DNA from: Octopus sinensis
Taxonomy: Eukaryota
DNA: 64,000 nt
Reading direction: 5' to 3'
NCBI RefSeq assembly: GCF_006345805.1
Contig: NC_043003.1
Location: forward strand, 110,050,001-110,114,000
Part shown: piece after piece, positions 15,150 through 29,699 of the stretch
Layout of the letters: every line of letters starts with the position of its first letter
How positions within the stretch are numbered: the stretch's first letter is position 1
The notes under the pieces: generated by a model
Databases searched by the model: none
Seen by the model: the letters and a program-made list of their open reading frames with translations, nothing else
Told to the model about the DNA's origin: nothing
Program-made: the position numbers and the translations under genes

Positions 15150-15174
15150 TATATATATATATATATAGAGAGAG

Positions 15175-15250
<76 letters not shown>

Positions 15251-15653
15251 TGATATACATATATATAAATATACACACACACACACACACATATATCTAC
15301 AGATATAATGAGAGATTGAGAATCTAGGAGATATACGTGTGTATAAATTGTCACGTAGTATTAATATTTAAGAAAACTTTTCTTATATTTTGTCTCGAAA
15401 CGTGACGATGAAGAGGCGGAGTTGTACGCACTGCATACCTTGCCTTGATTCATGTGCGTCATGACTTCATGACATCTTTTCGACAAGGCTATGGTATTTA
15501 TGTGTAAGTCATGACGGAATAGGGAAGCATTCATACTAAAATGCCGTCTTATTTAATCTGCGGGCGATGAGGTTTTCCTTTGTAATCACGCAGTCGCTCT
15601 AAAGTGATATGCATACGTATATATACGTACATACATATGTGTGTGTGTGCGTG

Positions 15654-15719
<66 letters not shown>

Positions 15720-15731
15720 TATATGTGTGTG

Positions 15732-15771
<40 letters not shown>

Positions 15772-15877
15772 TATATGTATATATATGTATATATATATAT
15801 ATCTATATCTATATCTATATATATATGTACACGCACACACACATATGTATATATATATATATAGTTATATATATATA

Positions 15878-15927
<50 letters not shown>

Positions 15928-16076
15928 CATATATAAATCTAAATATGTGTATTCATGTATAAATATATGTTCATATGATATATGTGCTGTGTGTATACAC
16001 AAGCAGATACAGACATGGGTATGTAAGTATATTTATGCGTAGATCTATCTCTTAAGGCACACAAACACACACGCAC

Positions 16077-16138
<62 letters not shown>

Positions 16139-16642
16139 TATATATATATGTATATATATATGTATATATACCTAAACATAAGATAGAATTATATGAGTGT
16201 ATGTATGGATGATTCCTTGTGTGTTTATATGTATGTGTGTATGTGCATAATAATTTGCCACTAGCATGTGTGTATGTGCGTGTGTATGTGTGCGTGTGTA
16301 TGTGTGTGTGTGTGTGTGTGTGCAAGTTTAACATATAGGCTATCAAATTAAATCACTTTCCTTTGTTACCAGAAGCAATGGAAATTTGTGTAAATCTACA
16401 GATATTGTATATTTCTATGCCTAATCTTATTTCATGCAACAGATAATTAAACAGGCATAGAATAGGATGGTTCTATGTATCTGTGTGCAGCAGAATTAAA
16501 TCAGAGAGAATAATTTCAACTACGCATAAATTCGTATGTGCTTCTCCAGTGAACTCAATGCATATATACGCGCATACATTAATATTATATATATATGCAT
16601 GTATACATACACCTATATTCATTGATACATCCATCTATATCT

Positions 16643-16673
<31 letters not shown>

Positions 16674-16708
16674 CATATATTTTGTGAAATAGATAGATAG
16701 AAAGATGG

Positions 16709-16777
<69 letters not shown>

Positions 16778-16804
16778 TAGATAGATATATAGATAGATAG
16801 ATAG

Positions 16805-16879
<75 letters not shown>

Positions 16880-16890
16880 TAGATGCAGAT
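15150..16890. repeat. Cluster of (TAGA)n, (TA)n and (TG)n microsatellites
   Basis: Directly visible; interspersed with short unique stretches. Confidence 0.9.
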
Positions 16891-18051
16891 ATTAACAATT
16901 CCATAAATTGTACTGTATGTCTGTTTTGTTAACCCTTAAATAATATTATGTATAGAGGTGTGCAGGTGTCTGTAGTTTCAACCGGATTCCTGTTGGTTCT
17001 AACACCAAATGAATCTAATATGATTTGGTAGCCTCAACTGGAAATTTGTTAGATGCTTAATATTCAATGGTTTCCCTGGCTTTTAGCGCTTATGTCTTGG
17101 TTCTATGTTCAAGATACATTTTATGGAGCTTAAACATGGATTTATATAAGCACACAAACACACACGCACATACACACATATTTACGTATACTTATTTACT
17201 CTGGTTTTGTTATTTGTAGTATTTCGCTGGTGGGTTCCCAGACGGCGTATATAGTTTTAATGTTGTGGATAATACCGTATTAAGTGGCACAGCCTAGGTG
17301 CCGGAACGATAGTGATATCCGTTTGACAGCTGACGATGGAAATACACATATGTTATGCTTGATTGTGAATTTCTTATAACTTAGTCACGTTAGTTTGAGT
17401 TGTGCTTCATTAAACTGATTTGGGAGGTGTTTATGAATTCATTGCATGTATGGATCGTTTAATTTGGCATTATTTTGTTTTCTTTATAGGTAATCTAATT
17501 AGGCTTAAATTATGATTAGCTATTGGTGACTAGTTATTTTGGTGGGGGAGGGTTCTGTTTTAGCCATAGATACACGCGCGCACGGAGCTTCTCCATAGTC
17601 TCCTTATACTGAAGTTCCCTTACAAGTCAATATCCCAGAAATCGGTGTTCTAGAAGGTACATAATTCATGTTCTGAGCAGTTGGATTGAGCCTTGTACTA
17701 TCTGGCTGCAAAATGATCGCCTTAATTGCACATCCATGCTCAAGCCATTAGAAAACTTTATACTTTTTAACCAATTGTGTTTTATAATTTCTCTTAGGGT
17801 ATTGCGTTTGATATCTAAAATAAATGGAAAATTTCTCCGAATACTAAATCTTTGACTTAGAAATCTTGATTTATATGAGACATAACTGATGAAAAAAAGT
17901 TTGAGAGATTTCTCTATAAATGGCCGAGAAAGTTCTTTGATAGTATTTGATATCTAAAATGTGTATCCCAACTGCGTTAACGCCATAACTTATTTCAAGT
18001 CAACTGAAATTATACACTAATCAAATACGAAGCCTATATTTTGCTTAAATA

Positions 18052-18450
18052 CTCTTTTCTACTTTAGGCACAAGACCCGAAATCTTTTGGGGATGGAGGC
18101 CAGTCGATTAGATCGACCTCAGTACGCAACTGCTACTTAATTTATCGACTCCGAAAGGATGAAATGTAAATTCGACCTCGGCGAAATTTGAACTCAGAAC
18201 GTAAAGACAGACGAAATACCTATTTCTTTACTACCCACAAGGGGCTAAACAAAGAGGGAACAAACAAGGACAGACAAACGAATTAAGTCGATTATATCGA
18301 TTATATCGATTATATCGACTTATTTAATCGACCCCGTAAGCATGAAAGGAAAAGTAGACCTCGGCGTAATTTGAACTCAGAACGTAACGGCAGACGAAAT
18401 ACCGCTAAGCATTTCTCCCGGCATGCTAACCTTTCTGCTAGCTCGCCACC
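18052..18450 (-). mobile_element. Dimeric SINE, family B, with 16-bp target-site duplication
   Basis: Two tandem core units (gacctcggcg.aatttgaactcagaacgta); TSD atattttgcttaaata at 18036-18051 and 18451-18466. Confidence 0.9.
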
Positions 18451-21324
18451 ATATTTTGCTTAAATATTAAATGAAATCTAAAACTGCAGTGACTTAGAAA
18501 GTTTATCAAATTACTCACGTATAAGCTGATAACATATCTCAACCTTCCCTATATGGTTGAAACTTTTAATGCTTAAATGGCAGCGCAATTTATTGTTGCA
18601 ATAAGCAACAACACATTATATCTAATAAAACAATTTCACATGCTGTTGAGTTTAAATTAAAATATGATTGCTTTCTTTGGATAGACCGATCTCCCTAAAG
18701 TCAAATCCCTTTCATTAAAAATAAGTATCCTATAAAACCCGAGGCAGTAACTCTAATGAGGGGATTGAAATATATAATTACCTTCTATTTGCTGCGTACC
18801 AACGCTTTTGCTACCTTATTTCTTTTCAAATATAATGACCTTGTTTCAATATGAAAATAATGGGGAGCAATAACTTAGTCATTATTACGCTGGTGCTTGG
18901 AGCATGAATTAACATTTGATGGAACGTTTTAGGCCAAATTAATACAAAGGTAGGAAAGAAGAGCCAAACGCCAGTCTGTGGTGGTTTGATATGAAAAGAG
19001 GTAACCCTTTTGACACCAGCTTGTCTGCATATATGGGTTCTTTAGGATTAGTTATAAGGCTGTAATTTTTCAGAACATCATTATTGAGAAACATGAAAGC
19101 GAAATCACTTTGTAATTTAGATGATATCGACTTTACTGTCAAAATTTATGTAGACATTTTCAATTAAATTACATTAGCAGTAAAGGACCAATGTTAGCGT
19201 TTTATCGAAGACATAATTGTATAATTTATTTCTAGTTCAGTTAGGTCCTATATTTCCGATTGCTCCCTGATATAATTACATAAAAATTTATTTACACATT
19301 GTGAATTTTTGATGTTATTCTCAGCCCACTCTCCTCTCAAATTAAACTAATTAGTAGACTAAAGGATTAAGAATGGATTTCATACACGTTGAAAAATATG
19401 ATTCATTTTGTAAATTGTTATTTTTTTATCCCTACCTATTTCCTTATCCTGTTTACAATCAGATTACAAAAGACTCTGACAACAGTAGTACTACAAGTTG
19501 TCTATATAGCCTTGTTTATTTTACGTGTCATGATTCCTAGGTAATACACAAGAAATGGTTACAGTGGTAAACCTACCTGGTTATCAATAATTACACAATA
19601 TTACATTAATGTCTATATCAATGTGTAATTATTATAGTTGAATTAGTGCGACATACATTGGTTTTAGAATAGAATTGTAATATGGTGATGATGGAATACA
19701 TTTGTCAGAATTGGCTGTTGTTTCACCCAACAAGGCATCGAACAAGGAGAGCAAATATATTCCAACCATGATCACCACATTGTCATTCAAACATACTATA
19801 TTAGTCAATGCTTCATTCCCTTTCTAGTCAACAATTCATTCTCTTTTCAAAATAGTATTGTGTAACTTGAGTTAGATCTGGCTGCTATGTATAGAAGTTC
19901 ATATGACCACGTAGAAGTTCCCTTTGACTCCTTTCACGTGAAGTTGATAAATTTGTTTTTTCTTTAAAGTCTCGTGACAGTCGAGTATGTGTATGAAAAA
20001 AAAACATTGACTTTTAAGTATGAAAAACATAACTTCAAGTATGCGCATGCGCGGAACTTAGACGTGCCATTATTTTGCTAGGGAATTGATTCAGTCCCTC
20101 CCACTTAACTGATAGTATGTAGTGATAAAATATACTGTGAAGCGAATCAACTCGTGATGCATTTCTTAAAGCATGAGTAACACAGAGACACTAATAATAT
20201 TCTTTTTTTACAAAACAACAACAATAACAAACAGAATAAGGTTATGCTTATATTATAACAATAAAACAACAAACATTTTTATAACAATAAATGCTACCAA
20301 CGCAAAATAAGAGAAAAAATGCTACAATAAAAGCAAATATACAAACAAATATTTGTTTCTTAGTTTATAGCGATTTTTTCTTAGTTTATATCACTAGGAG
20401 TGAACTTCAACTCAACACATGAACTGTCATTATGTTATAATTTCTTTATTTATTTAAAAAATATTATAAAAACCAAATATGTATTTTTACTGTTATTTTA
20501 AAAAAACTAGTTCGCCTATGAAATGACTATAATTATCCAGATTTTCTCTATGTTAACAAAATATGTAAAATATAATGAGCTTTATGGTGTTTTGTTGTGG
20601 TTATTATTATTTTTTTTTTCTGTACAATGTTTGGTTTAGCTTCTAAATGCTAATGGTTGGTGGACACTGCCAAAATCAAATCTGTCATTCGTAGCATGTT
20701 TTTTTATTGTCATTTAACCCTACGTAACTATAATGGAATTCGAGAAATTGAATTAAGATCTGTGGAGATTAAAGTCATATTGCTTCCAATAATGTAACTG
20801 ACCGTATCTCTAAAAACCTTGTAATCATTGGGGTCCTAGTATTGATGACAACGGCATCTTTTAGTAAATACCAAGAGACAATGTTAGTTGGTAAAACGTT
20901 AAATTGGTCGATTTACCCCACGGGTATTAATGGTAATTTATTCCACGAATTCTGCAAATATAAACGGTAAAGTTAGCAAATGTAGCATGTGAAACAATAT
21001 TCCTTGTTTCACACGCTGCATTCATAATAACGATTCCTAACCCTTGTACGGTACCAGGTTACATATTTCTTTGCTGTACAATATAATCAGTTGAATTGAA
21101 TAGGTCTTTGCTTGAGCTTCTTTTGTGAAATTCCTCTGTAAGGAAAGCAAAATCCTTAGTAGCATTTAAAATTATGTCATGAAGGTAGCTATTTAGATAT
21201 AGCAAATCACGTTAGTCCTATCACTTTTGCCTACATCACTACTCAGAAATAGTGAATATCGACGTAAGCATAAGACATGTATATGGCGGTATAAGATATA
21301 GTCGATCGAATTGATGTAGAAGAC

Positions 21325-21503
21325 GACGAGCTGGCAGAAACGTTAGCACGCCGGGCGAAATGTTTTGGGGTATTTTGTCCGCCGCTGCGTTCTCAGTTCA
21401 AATTCCGCCGAGGTCGATTTTGCCCTCCATCCTTTCCAGGTCGATAAAGTGAGTACCAGTTACGCACTGGGGTCGATGTAACCCACTTCATCCGTTTGTC
21501 TGT
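21325..21503 (+). mobile_element. SINE family B copy
   Basis: gagctggcagaaacgttagcacgccgggcgaaatg...gttcaaattccgccgaggtcga, with B-box-like GTTCAAATTCC. Confidence 0.85.
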
Positions 21504-22499
21504 CTTTGACTAAATGCTGGAGCACTGCCTTTAGTCGAAAAAATATACCCTAGAACATATATTGGTCTGAGAAAACTTGATTTTTGCTTCCGAAGCGCCG
21601 GCAACTTGTATCGCAACAATTTTAGTTCAGGAAACAAGACGATGTTGTTTTTAAGAAGAAAGATGACGCACTCACAAGTAGATATAAACACTGTGTGAAG
21701 TTGTATAAGTAGCGGTAGTCCAGTGCCTTAATTATTTGTCTCAAAATTACGAATATATTCTTTCGAGTATAACCTATTCCCAATCCTGGGACAGAACAGT
21801 AAAGTTATAATCTTTAAAAATAATTTATAGCTACGTAAATATATTAACTAAGTCAGAAATTAATTATAGGTCTCTAATGATTTACAGTTTAGAAAGTTCT
21901 TAAAGAAAAATGTCTCAATAATTTGCCTGGTAAATTAATTCAGCAACAAATAAATTAATCATTATATGAAGAAATTATTTTCGTCCCAACATTAAATTAT
22001 ATCAACTGATATAATTTCATTTTGCCGAAACCTTGATATATCATCTATATTCATCACAACAATTCGTTATTTAAATCTGTAATCACATTTTATCATCACA
22101 ATCATCGTAAAGCGACAGATTATGTTAACTTGAATATTCAGTATTTCTCTTGAATAGACGCAACACATTCATAAATGTGTAATTGAGAGGAAGCAGTATG
22201 CCATGTTACTGAAGCCTATCGAAAAAGGATAGGGTGATTTTAGTGAAATTAATTATGCAATTTAGTATTGAAATACGACCTAATACTATTTCAGGAGACC
22301 ATGCAATTTCATCAAAACGGTAATTGCGGTGTACGGAATTGAAGTTGCGCCAATGCCATTAAACGAATTATTTCCTGTTTCCTATATATCGAAGCACGTA
22401 TTAAGCAAGTAACGAACGGATGCATGGTATTGACAAACCCCAAGTAAGGCACAATATGCTCGTCCTGCTCGAGAATCATATACCTCTGATATACATTCT

Positions 22500-22930
22500 G
22501 TTTTTAACTGTTTTTAACAAGCCCGAATATGCTCAACAACAACACTGAAGTCGTCAGTAAAAGAAAATGTGGAATTAATGGAGGGATCAGTGTTCTTCAA
22601 ACAGGGACAACGTTTCACAGTCAAAAACAACTTCACATGTGCTTCGGAGAACCTGATATACGCGCTAAACTGCTCTGGGTGTCAAGAACAATACACAGGC
22701 CAAACAAAAAATAGTCTACGCCAAAGGATGGCTCTGCACAGATCCCAGATCAAAATTCAAAAAAATGCAAAAATAGCATTCAGCCAACACATTGACATTT
22801 TGCGCTGAAAACAAAAATCCAAGCTCCAAATATTTCCCTCTATCAATTCAAGGACGATAAAACCAACGAATTAGTAAAGAGTCTCTGTTTATTACAAAAT
22901 ACAGACCCATTTTGAACACATTCACAACAA
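22500..22930 (+). pseudogene. Penelope-like GIY-YIG endonuclease fragment
   Basis: FTVKNNFTCASENLIYALNCSGCQEQYTGQTKNSLRQRMALHRSQI...FSQHID; homologous to the 57154 fragment. Confidence 0.85.
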
Positions 22931-22979
22931 ATGACATATCCACCACGACTTTAGAATAAACAAACATACAAATATTAAA

Positions 22980-23345
22980 AATGATACATTCAAAAGAGAT
23001 ACACAAAAATTCATTACAAACCCATCCAATAACTGCTATAATCGACAACGAGCTACTTTTAGGACACTTGACCATTTAATATCCTACTTTCATCCTACCA
23101 CCCTGCGTTGTATTATTATTGTGTCTCCTTCTTCTTCGACATCTTCTTCTTCCTCTCCGACACATCCTTCCTTACTTTACTACTAGTGTTTAGAATGACA
23201 TAGTGCTTGATATGAAAAATAAGCCATTTGGGGTTAGGAGTAAATATTATAAACAATACATTCAAAAGAGATACCTCAAGAATTCAGTCACTACTAACAT
23301 CCACAACAAATCTCTTTCAGGGAACTTGACCATTTAACATCCTAG
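22980..23345 (+). repeat. Diverged direct repeat downstream of the PLE fragment (pLTR-like)
   Basis: atacattcaaaagagatac...acttgaccatttaa.atccta occurs at ~22985-23085 and ~23256-23345. Confidence 0.6.
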
Positions 23346-23391
23346 CACTCGGGCATTATTTTCCTTCTTGTGTGCTCCATTTCAACCTTCT

Positions 23392-23424
<33 letters not shown>

Positions 23425-23446
23425 AACATATATGTATTTGTATATA

Positions 23447-23485
<39 letters not shown>

Positions 23486-23851
23486 CACACACATATATAT
23501 ATATAGGTATATATGGAATATAAGGTTAGAAGGATATATACATGCATACATACAAACAAACACACATAAATACATACATGCATGCATACATATATACATA
23601 CATACAGACACATATATTTCTTTCTTACTTATTTATTGAACTGTAACGAGGTAACCATTTCAAAATACGCATCAACCACGTGACATTGAACCTGTTTTTA
23701 CAATTTGTCCCAGTAAAATTCAGCGTAATTCCATTATCCCTCTTATATAAATATGAGCCCCCTTGATTTGGAATCATTTTGGAAAAGCCCAATATAGAAT
23801 ACTCTCGGCCCTTGAGTCACCCTGTAACTTCTGTCAGCTATTAATAAAAAC

Positions 23852-23905
<54 letters not shown>

Positions 23906-23987
23906 GGTCCCGGGTTGAGTCGGGGTTAACCACAGTAAATAAGGTGCTCAATACATAGCAGAGTAAATTAATTTATTTTATAGAAGG

Positions 23988-24038
23988 AGCTTCTACAGGA
24001 CTAGAACTGTTTCATTCAAATGAAATCATCAGGAAGCT
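23988..24038 (-). ncRNA. Type I hammerhead ribozyme candidate
   Basis: Minus strand agcttc-CTGATGA-tttcatttgaat-GAAA-cag(ttctagtc)ctg-TA-gaagct: 6-bp stem I, intact core, GUA cleavage triplet. Confidence 0.75.
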
Positions 24039-24227
24039 TGCTGTCAAAATAAGTTTTGGCATTTATACATTTAGGCAGATTTAATGGGGTGGTGGCGGGG
24101 GACTTTTTTGGGTAAGCAGGGCACAAACTGTCTTTCTTAGGGAGTGGTCAAAGGGATCAGTGATAAAGTAGATAAATGAATAAATAGAATAATAGAATAG
24201 AGTTTTAGGTAAATAAGAAGACTATCG

Positions 24228-24275
<48 letters not shown>

Positions 24276-25139
24276 CACATACATATACGCACACTTATAT
24301 ACACACATATATATACATACAAATACACATACACATACATGCCAACACGCAAGCACACGCACACATATGTCTACACATATATATATATATATATATAAAA
24401 AAATATACACACCCGTACACACCCACATATATATATATATGTATACACACATATATATACACACACATTATATACATATATATACACATACACATACATA
24501 TACATATATGCACATATATACATATACACATATACATACACATACACATACATACACCCACACGCATATATACATATATATACATATTTTTTCTCTCCTC
24601 GTCTTCCTCCCTTATTTTATTTTTATTTTTATTTTGACCGTCTTCAGAGTCATAAAAGGTATGACCTACCTACCCGCCGACACACATTTAGTGGCGCTGG
24701 AGTTGACGAACCCTAAAAATTCTTAGAACTCCCCAGGGTGTCAGCAGGCCTAAATGAAATCCATTTACCGCTCCCCTCTCCCTCCTTTCTATCTCTTACA
24801 AACGCAAACACTCACACACGCACACACATTCACACGCACACTCATACACATACACAAACACACATGTTCTCTCGCTCATTTCCTTCTCATCCACTCATAC
24901 TTATGTATATATCTCTCTCTACAAGCACACATATATATACACATGAGAAGGAAATGAGCGAGAGAACATGTGTGTTTGTGTATGTGTATGAGTGTGCGTG
25001 TGAGTGTGTGTGATCACTGATCCTTTTGACCACTCCCCTAAGAAAGACAGTTTGTGCCCTGCTTACCCAAAAAAGTCCCCCACCACCACCCCATTAAATC
25101 TGCCTAAATGTATAAATGCCAAAACTTATTTTGACAGCA

Positions 25140-25190
25140 AGCTTCCTGATGATTTCATTTGAATGAAACAATTCTAGTCCTGTAGAAGCT
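25140..25190 (+). ncRNA. Type I hammerhead ribozyme candidate (inverted partner)
   Basis: agcttc-CTGATGA-tttcatttgaat-GAAA-caa(ttctagtc)ctg-TA-gaagct; one stem III mismatch. Confidence 0.7.
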
Positions 25191-25214
25191 CCTTCTATAA
25201 AATAAATATATATA

Positions 25215-25259
<45 letters not shown>

Positions 25260-25298
25260 GTGTGTGTGTATATATATATATATACATATATATATGTG

Positions 25299-25330
<32 letters not shown>

Positions 25331-25921
25331 TTATATATATATATATGTGTGTGTGTATGTGTGTGTGCGTGTGTATGTATGTATGTGTATGTATGTATAT
25401 ATATATAAACATTTAAAATAGTGGTCTGTGCTCAACATTCTTAGCATGAAGTTACGAACGACAGTTTACAATTGGTTTGGAAATAAGCCATTTATTGATG
25501 GCAATATTTCAAGAGAAAAACAAAAATAACTGTAATTTTCTATATCATTTCTAAAACAGTAAAAGTTTGTGAACGTGTTGAGTATATAATTTAAAACTCA
25601 ACAATCTCATCTTATCTGTACTTACAGACTTTATTCACTAAACTAAATTTTGGCACTCTCACAATTGAACAATTTCCGAAATAATTTCTGATTTAAACAA
25701 AAATAAAAAGAAACTTAATTGAATTAAATAACGAATGCTGTTTGCTACTGTGTATGTTACTAATCTATCGAATATTAAAGGTTCCTGCTATTGTAGAAGT
25801 TAATAATTGCATTTGACCTTCTATCTTGGGCGGCTCTTTATTTTATCTGATTTATTTCATACCGCAATTTGTGAACAATAATGTCGTTCGATACAGGTTG
25901 ACAACGAGCAATCAGGCTATT

Positions 25922-26128
25922 TCTGACGGCAAGAATGACAAGGATGCACCAGCTCCTTCATATATTCTAAAGCATCACTTTTTTTAATGGTTTTCTTCGT
26001 TTTAATTTTTGCGCTTGCCAATATACACGGGCGAAATATGTAGATACACACCACACACATAAACATAATCGCTCGTATACGAGTGTAAATATATATATTT
26101 GTGGGTGTGTATGTATGTATTTATATAT

Positions 26129-26164
<36 letters not shown>

Positions 26165-26418
26165 AATATATATGAGAGTTTACAAAAAAAAACAAAAGAC
26201 GAAGACAGGTGGTGTACAAGACAAACAGATGTATTAGTATAACGCTCAGGAATAGAAAAAGGTTTTTACGTTTCGAGCCTACGCTCTTCTACAGAAAGGG
26301 ACACAGAAAAAACAAGGAGAGAAACAAGGAGAGAAAAAAGGAGAGAAAAAGGGGGAGAAAAAGGAGAGAAAAAAGGAGATAAAACATGTGTGTAGTGGCT
26401 AATGATCTATCATGGCGA

Positions 26419-26460
<42 letters not shown>

Positions 26461-26985
26461 TTGTGACTCCGGCACTCGGGCTGTTCGGGCTTAGCCCGAG
26501 TATAACTTTAGTAAAGTGAACGTAAAGTGGAAGCCGATTTAATTTCTGTCAGCACTGACTTCAAGTAAGTAATTTTAGGCAATAACACAGGATCCTTTTA
26601 GTGAGCCAGGTTGCAGTTTATTTATTTTCGTTTAGCGTCTAATGGTTGTCTTAGAGGTGCCCTGTTTCAAAAAATATTATTTGTAGCAGACGTTCTCTCG
26701 ACATCGTTTACAAGCGCCTAACTCGGGTTTAAAAGTTACATCTAGAGTTGTTATCTAAAATCGTAAAATTTAAAACTAATTCATATTCAATGTTTTCTTG
26801 AAACGGCAAATTTCTGTAGAGATTACGATTTAAATTCCAATCTCTGACGGCAAGAATGATAAGGATGCGCCAGCACCTCCATATATTCTAGAGCATCACT
26901 TTCTTTTATGGTTTTCTTCGTTGTAATTTTTGCGCTGGCCGATATACAGGGGCGAAAGATGTAGATACACACCACTCACACAAGC
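25922..26985 (+). repeat. ~140-bp direct repeat pair (25922-26060 / 26843-26982)
   Basis: tctgacggcaagaatga.aaggatgc.ccagc...atgtagatacacaccac in both copies, roughly 85-90% identical. Confidence 0.85.
26174..26422 (-). mobile_element. Family H1 element inserted in (TA)n; HHR-like motif at 26263-26298
   Basis: Reverse complement of 7028-7230, same CTGTAGA core, with an expanded ggagagaaaaa run. Confidence 0.8.
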
Positions 26986-28975
26986 ACACAAGCATTCATC
27001 TTTACTCTTATCACAATCGAAAGATCCAATGCAGTATACTATATCCGCTTAGAATTAAAAGACCATTGGGAATTGACAGTTAAGTTCTTGCTACTGATGA
27101 TAAACTAATTAATGTCAGATAATGATAATAATATAGGAATTTTTTCAAAATTTGGATATACATTTTCCCCCCTATACCCATAATACCCTCTTAGATATCA
27201 TTGAGACCTCCATTGTTTTCTATTTTAAGCCTTTTTCATTGATACTCATAATATAGTTTAAGTCACTCTTACCCTTCCTCTTTCTGGTCATCTCCTATAT
27301 ACCATCATCTTGCTAGAATCTTCTGAGGCATGTTTTTTTTATGTAGATATGGCGAATATATAGTCACAGTCAAATAAGGGATGGGAAGAGTATCTGACAT
27401 TAATTAATTTTGTTGTTGTTGCTGTTATCCTTATTATTATTGTCGTCCCCCCAAATTCGAGGCCTGGTGCTTCCAGTGGAAAGAAGTGTTCTTATTCTTG
27501 TTGTTGGTGCAGTAACGCTTCGTTTTATTCTGCTCCACAGTTTTAAGTAATTTCTTTAATTGTTTGCCCATTCATTTGTTTTCCAAACTTTTTCAGTTTT
27601 GAGAAAGGAAAGAAAAACGAAAAGAAAAAGGAAGAAATTTAATGAAATCGTTTAAAATATAACAGCGAATTTGACTATCAGGAAACAAATTAAATGGTGA
27701 AAAAAAAAGCCGTGAAAAAAGTGAGATTACTGTATCTACTTAATAGTTGTTCACAACTGCGCCAATTTACCATTAAAAGCTTCCATCTTGACTTATCAAT
27801 AACGCCTTCCTATCTCAACCAGAAAAGCAGCTACAACCACCATTACCACTAATACAAGGTAACATTAAGTTGAAGAAGTAGAACTTATATCAATAAGTAC
27901 AACGAATGTCCTGTCAACATCAAAAATCCTACTGAGTGTGAACGGGAAATTACTGATAGCACTGAAGACCGAAATAACAAAAGCAACAACAACAGCAACA
28001 CAAATAAAATAAAAGGATAAAAATTAGGACGTCCAATATCAAAGCCAACAGCATAGCGATGATCAAGTGACTATTATAGAAATAACAAGATGAATGCCAC
28101 CATATTTACTATAATACCAACAGCATTTAGTGTTTCAGTTACGGCGGACACTAGTAATATTTTCAACAGTAGCAACAATACAATATCATCAGGGTCAAGC
28201 GGAAAATGGCGGCCAGAGTTTCTGCATTCACCGGTGCGACAAATCATGCTAATTTCATTAAAGACAAAGCTAAGAGTAGCTAGAGGAATGAAGATGTAAG
28301 ATGACAGAAAGCTCGTTCAATCGTCTCTTTACAAAAAGGACAAGGAGATGCATAGCAATGTTTTGATAAATATAAATATATAGAACAAAGAAAGACTCGT
28401 GCATAATACAAAAATACTGAAAACAGAAGTAGAAGCAAACGTGCAATAAGATGAACATCTTCACTCGTGGCAATTGTTACTGATATTAGTTAAGAGTCAC
28501 TCCATAGCCTTGTCAAGAACAAGGGATTCATCTCCTTTCTATCATAGAAGTGCTGGTCAGTGGTGAAAATGAGCGCAGTACATTTTTAGGGCTGAAACAG
28601 CAGGTCGTAACGTTTGTGGAAGCAGGACGGTGAAGATATGTAAAACTTGTAATACGCCTAGAGATAATTATCGGATCTCTTGATAGAAACAGATTAGGAA
28701 AGACAGAAATCACTTGAAATAGATGCCAAATTGTACTCATTTGTTCGTGAAATACAAGAGAGAAGGTTCCGATACCGCAGTGACATTAACAACAACAACA
28801 ACAACAACAGCAGCAGAAGCAGCCTGCATAGCAACACCAACGATAGCAACACTATAAACACCACAGCAATAACAGGAGCTACATTTAAAATTCTTCGTCA
28901 AATCAGAAGATATAAATACTGTAATATGCGAAAACAGGTCTTCCAGAATCTCGCATATTGGTGTGTCAATCGCCA

Positions 28976-29162
<187 letters not shown>

Positions 29163-29699
29163 ATTGTGGTTCACCAACACCAGACGCGTAGTAGCTCTTC
29201 ATTTTGTACAAGTTTGGATCTCTCTCAAATTCCCTTGAGGTTGACTTTGCCTTTCACCCTTTTGGGCTTGGTGAAATAAGTACCAGCTGATCACTGACAT
29301 CGATGTAATCGAGAAATGCCCTCTTCCAAATTCTAGGTTTTGACCCAATTGTAGAAAGGATTATATAGCAGTTAAATGGCATCAATGTGAACATCAACAG
29401 AGTCGAAGGTTTAGGAAATAAATATCGATAGAGAAGTATTTCAGAGGTAGGTTGGCAAGAGAATAAAAGAACTGATTAGAAAAACAAGCATGATCGACAT
29501 TCTAGCGGTGAGATGTAGCCACGTTTTTGTCAACGAGTTACACGAAGACTGTTGACAGAATGAGTGAATATGTATATAAAACGGCGTAAAGTCCAAAGTT
29601 AGTCTTCTAATGCATATTTGAAATGTTTAAAGCAAAACAATAATATCGCCATCGTTCAAAGTTCAATAATCAGCCTTTCAGTTGGAAGCATGGTGTGTA

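Larger units (their letters stand above)
23971..25207. repeat. ~195-bp near-identical inverted repeat pair (23971-24164 / 25013-25207), each arm carrying a hammerhead motif (family H2)
   Basis: Arms are reverse complements with only a few differences; the spacer is microsatellites plus ~200 bp of unique sequence. Confidence 0.92.
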
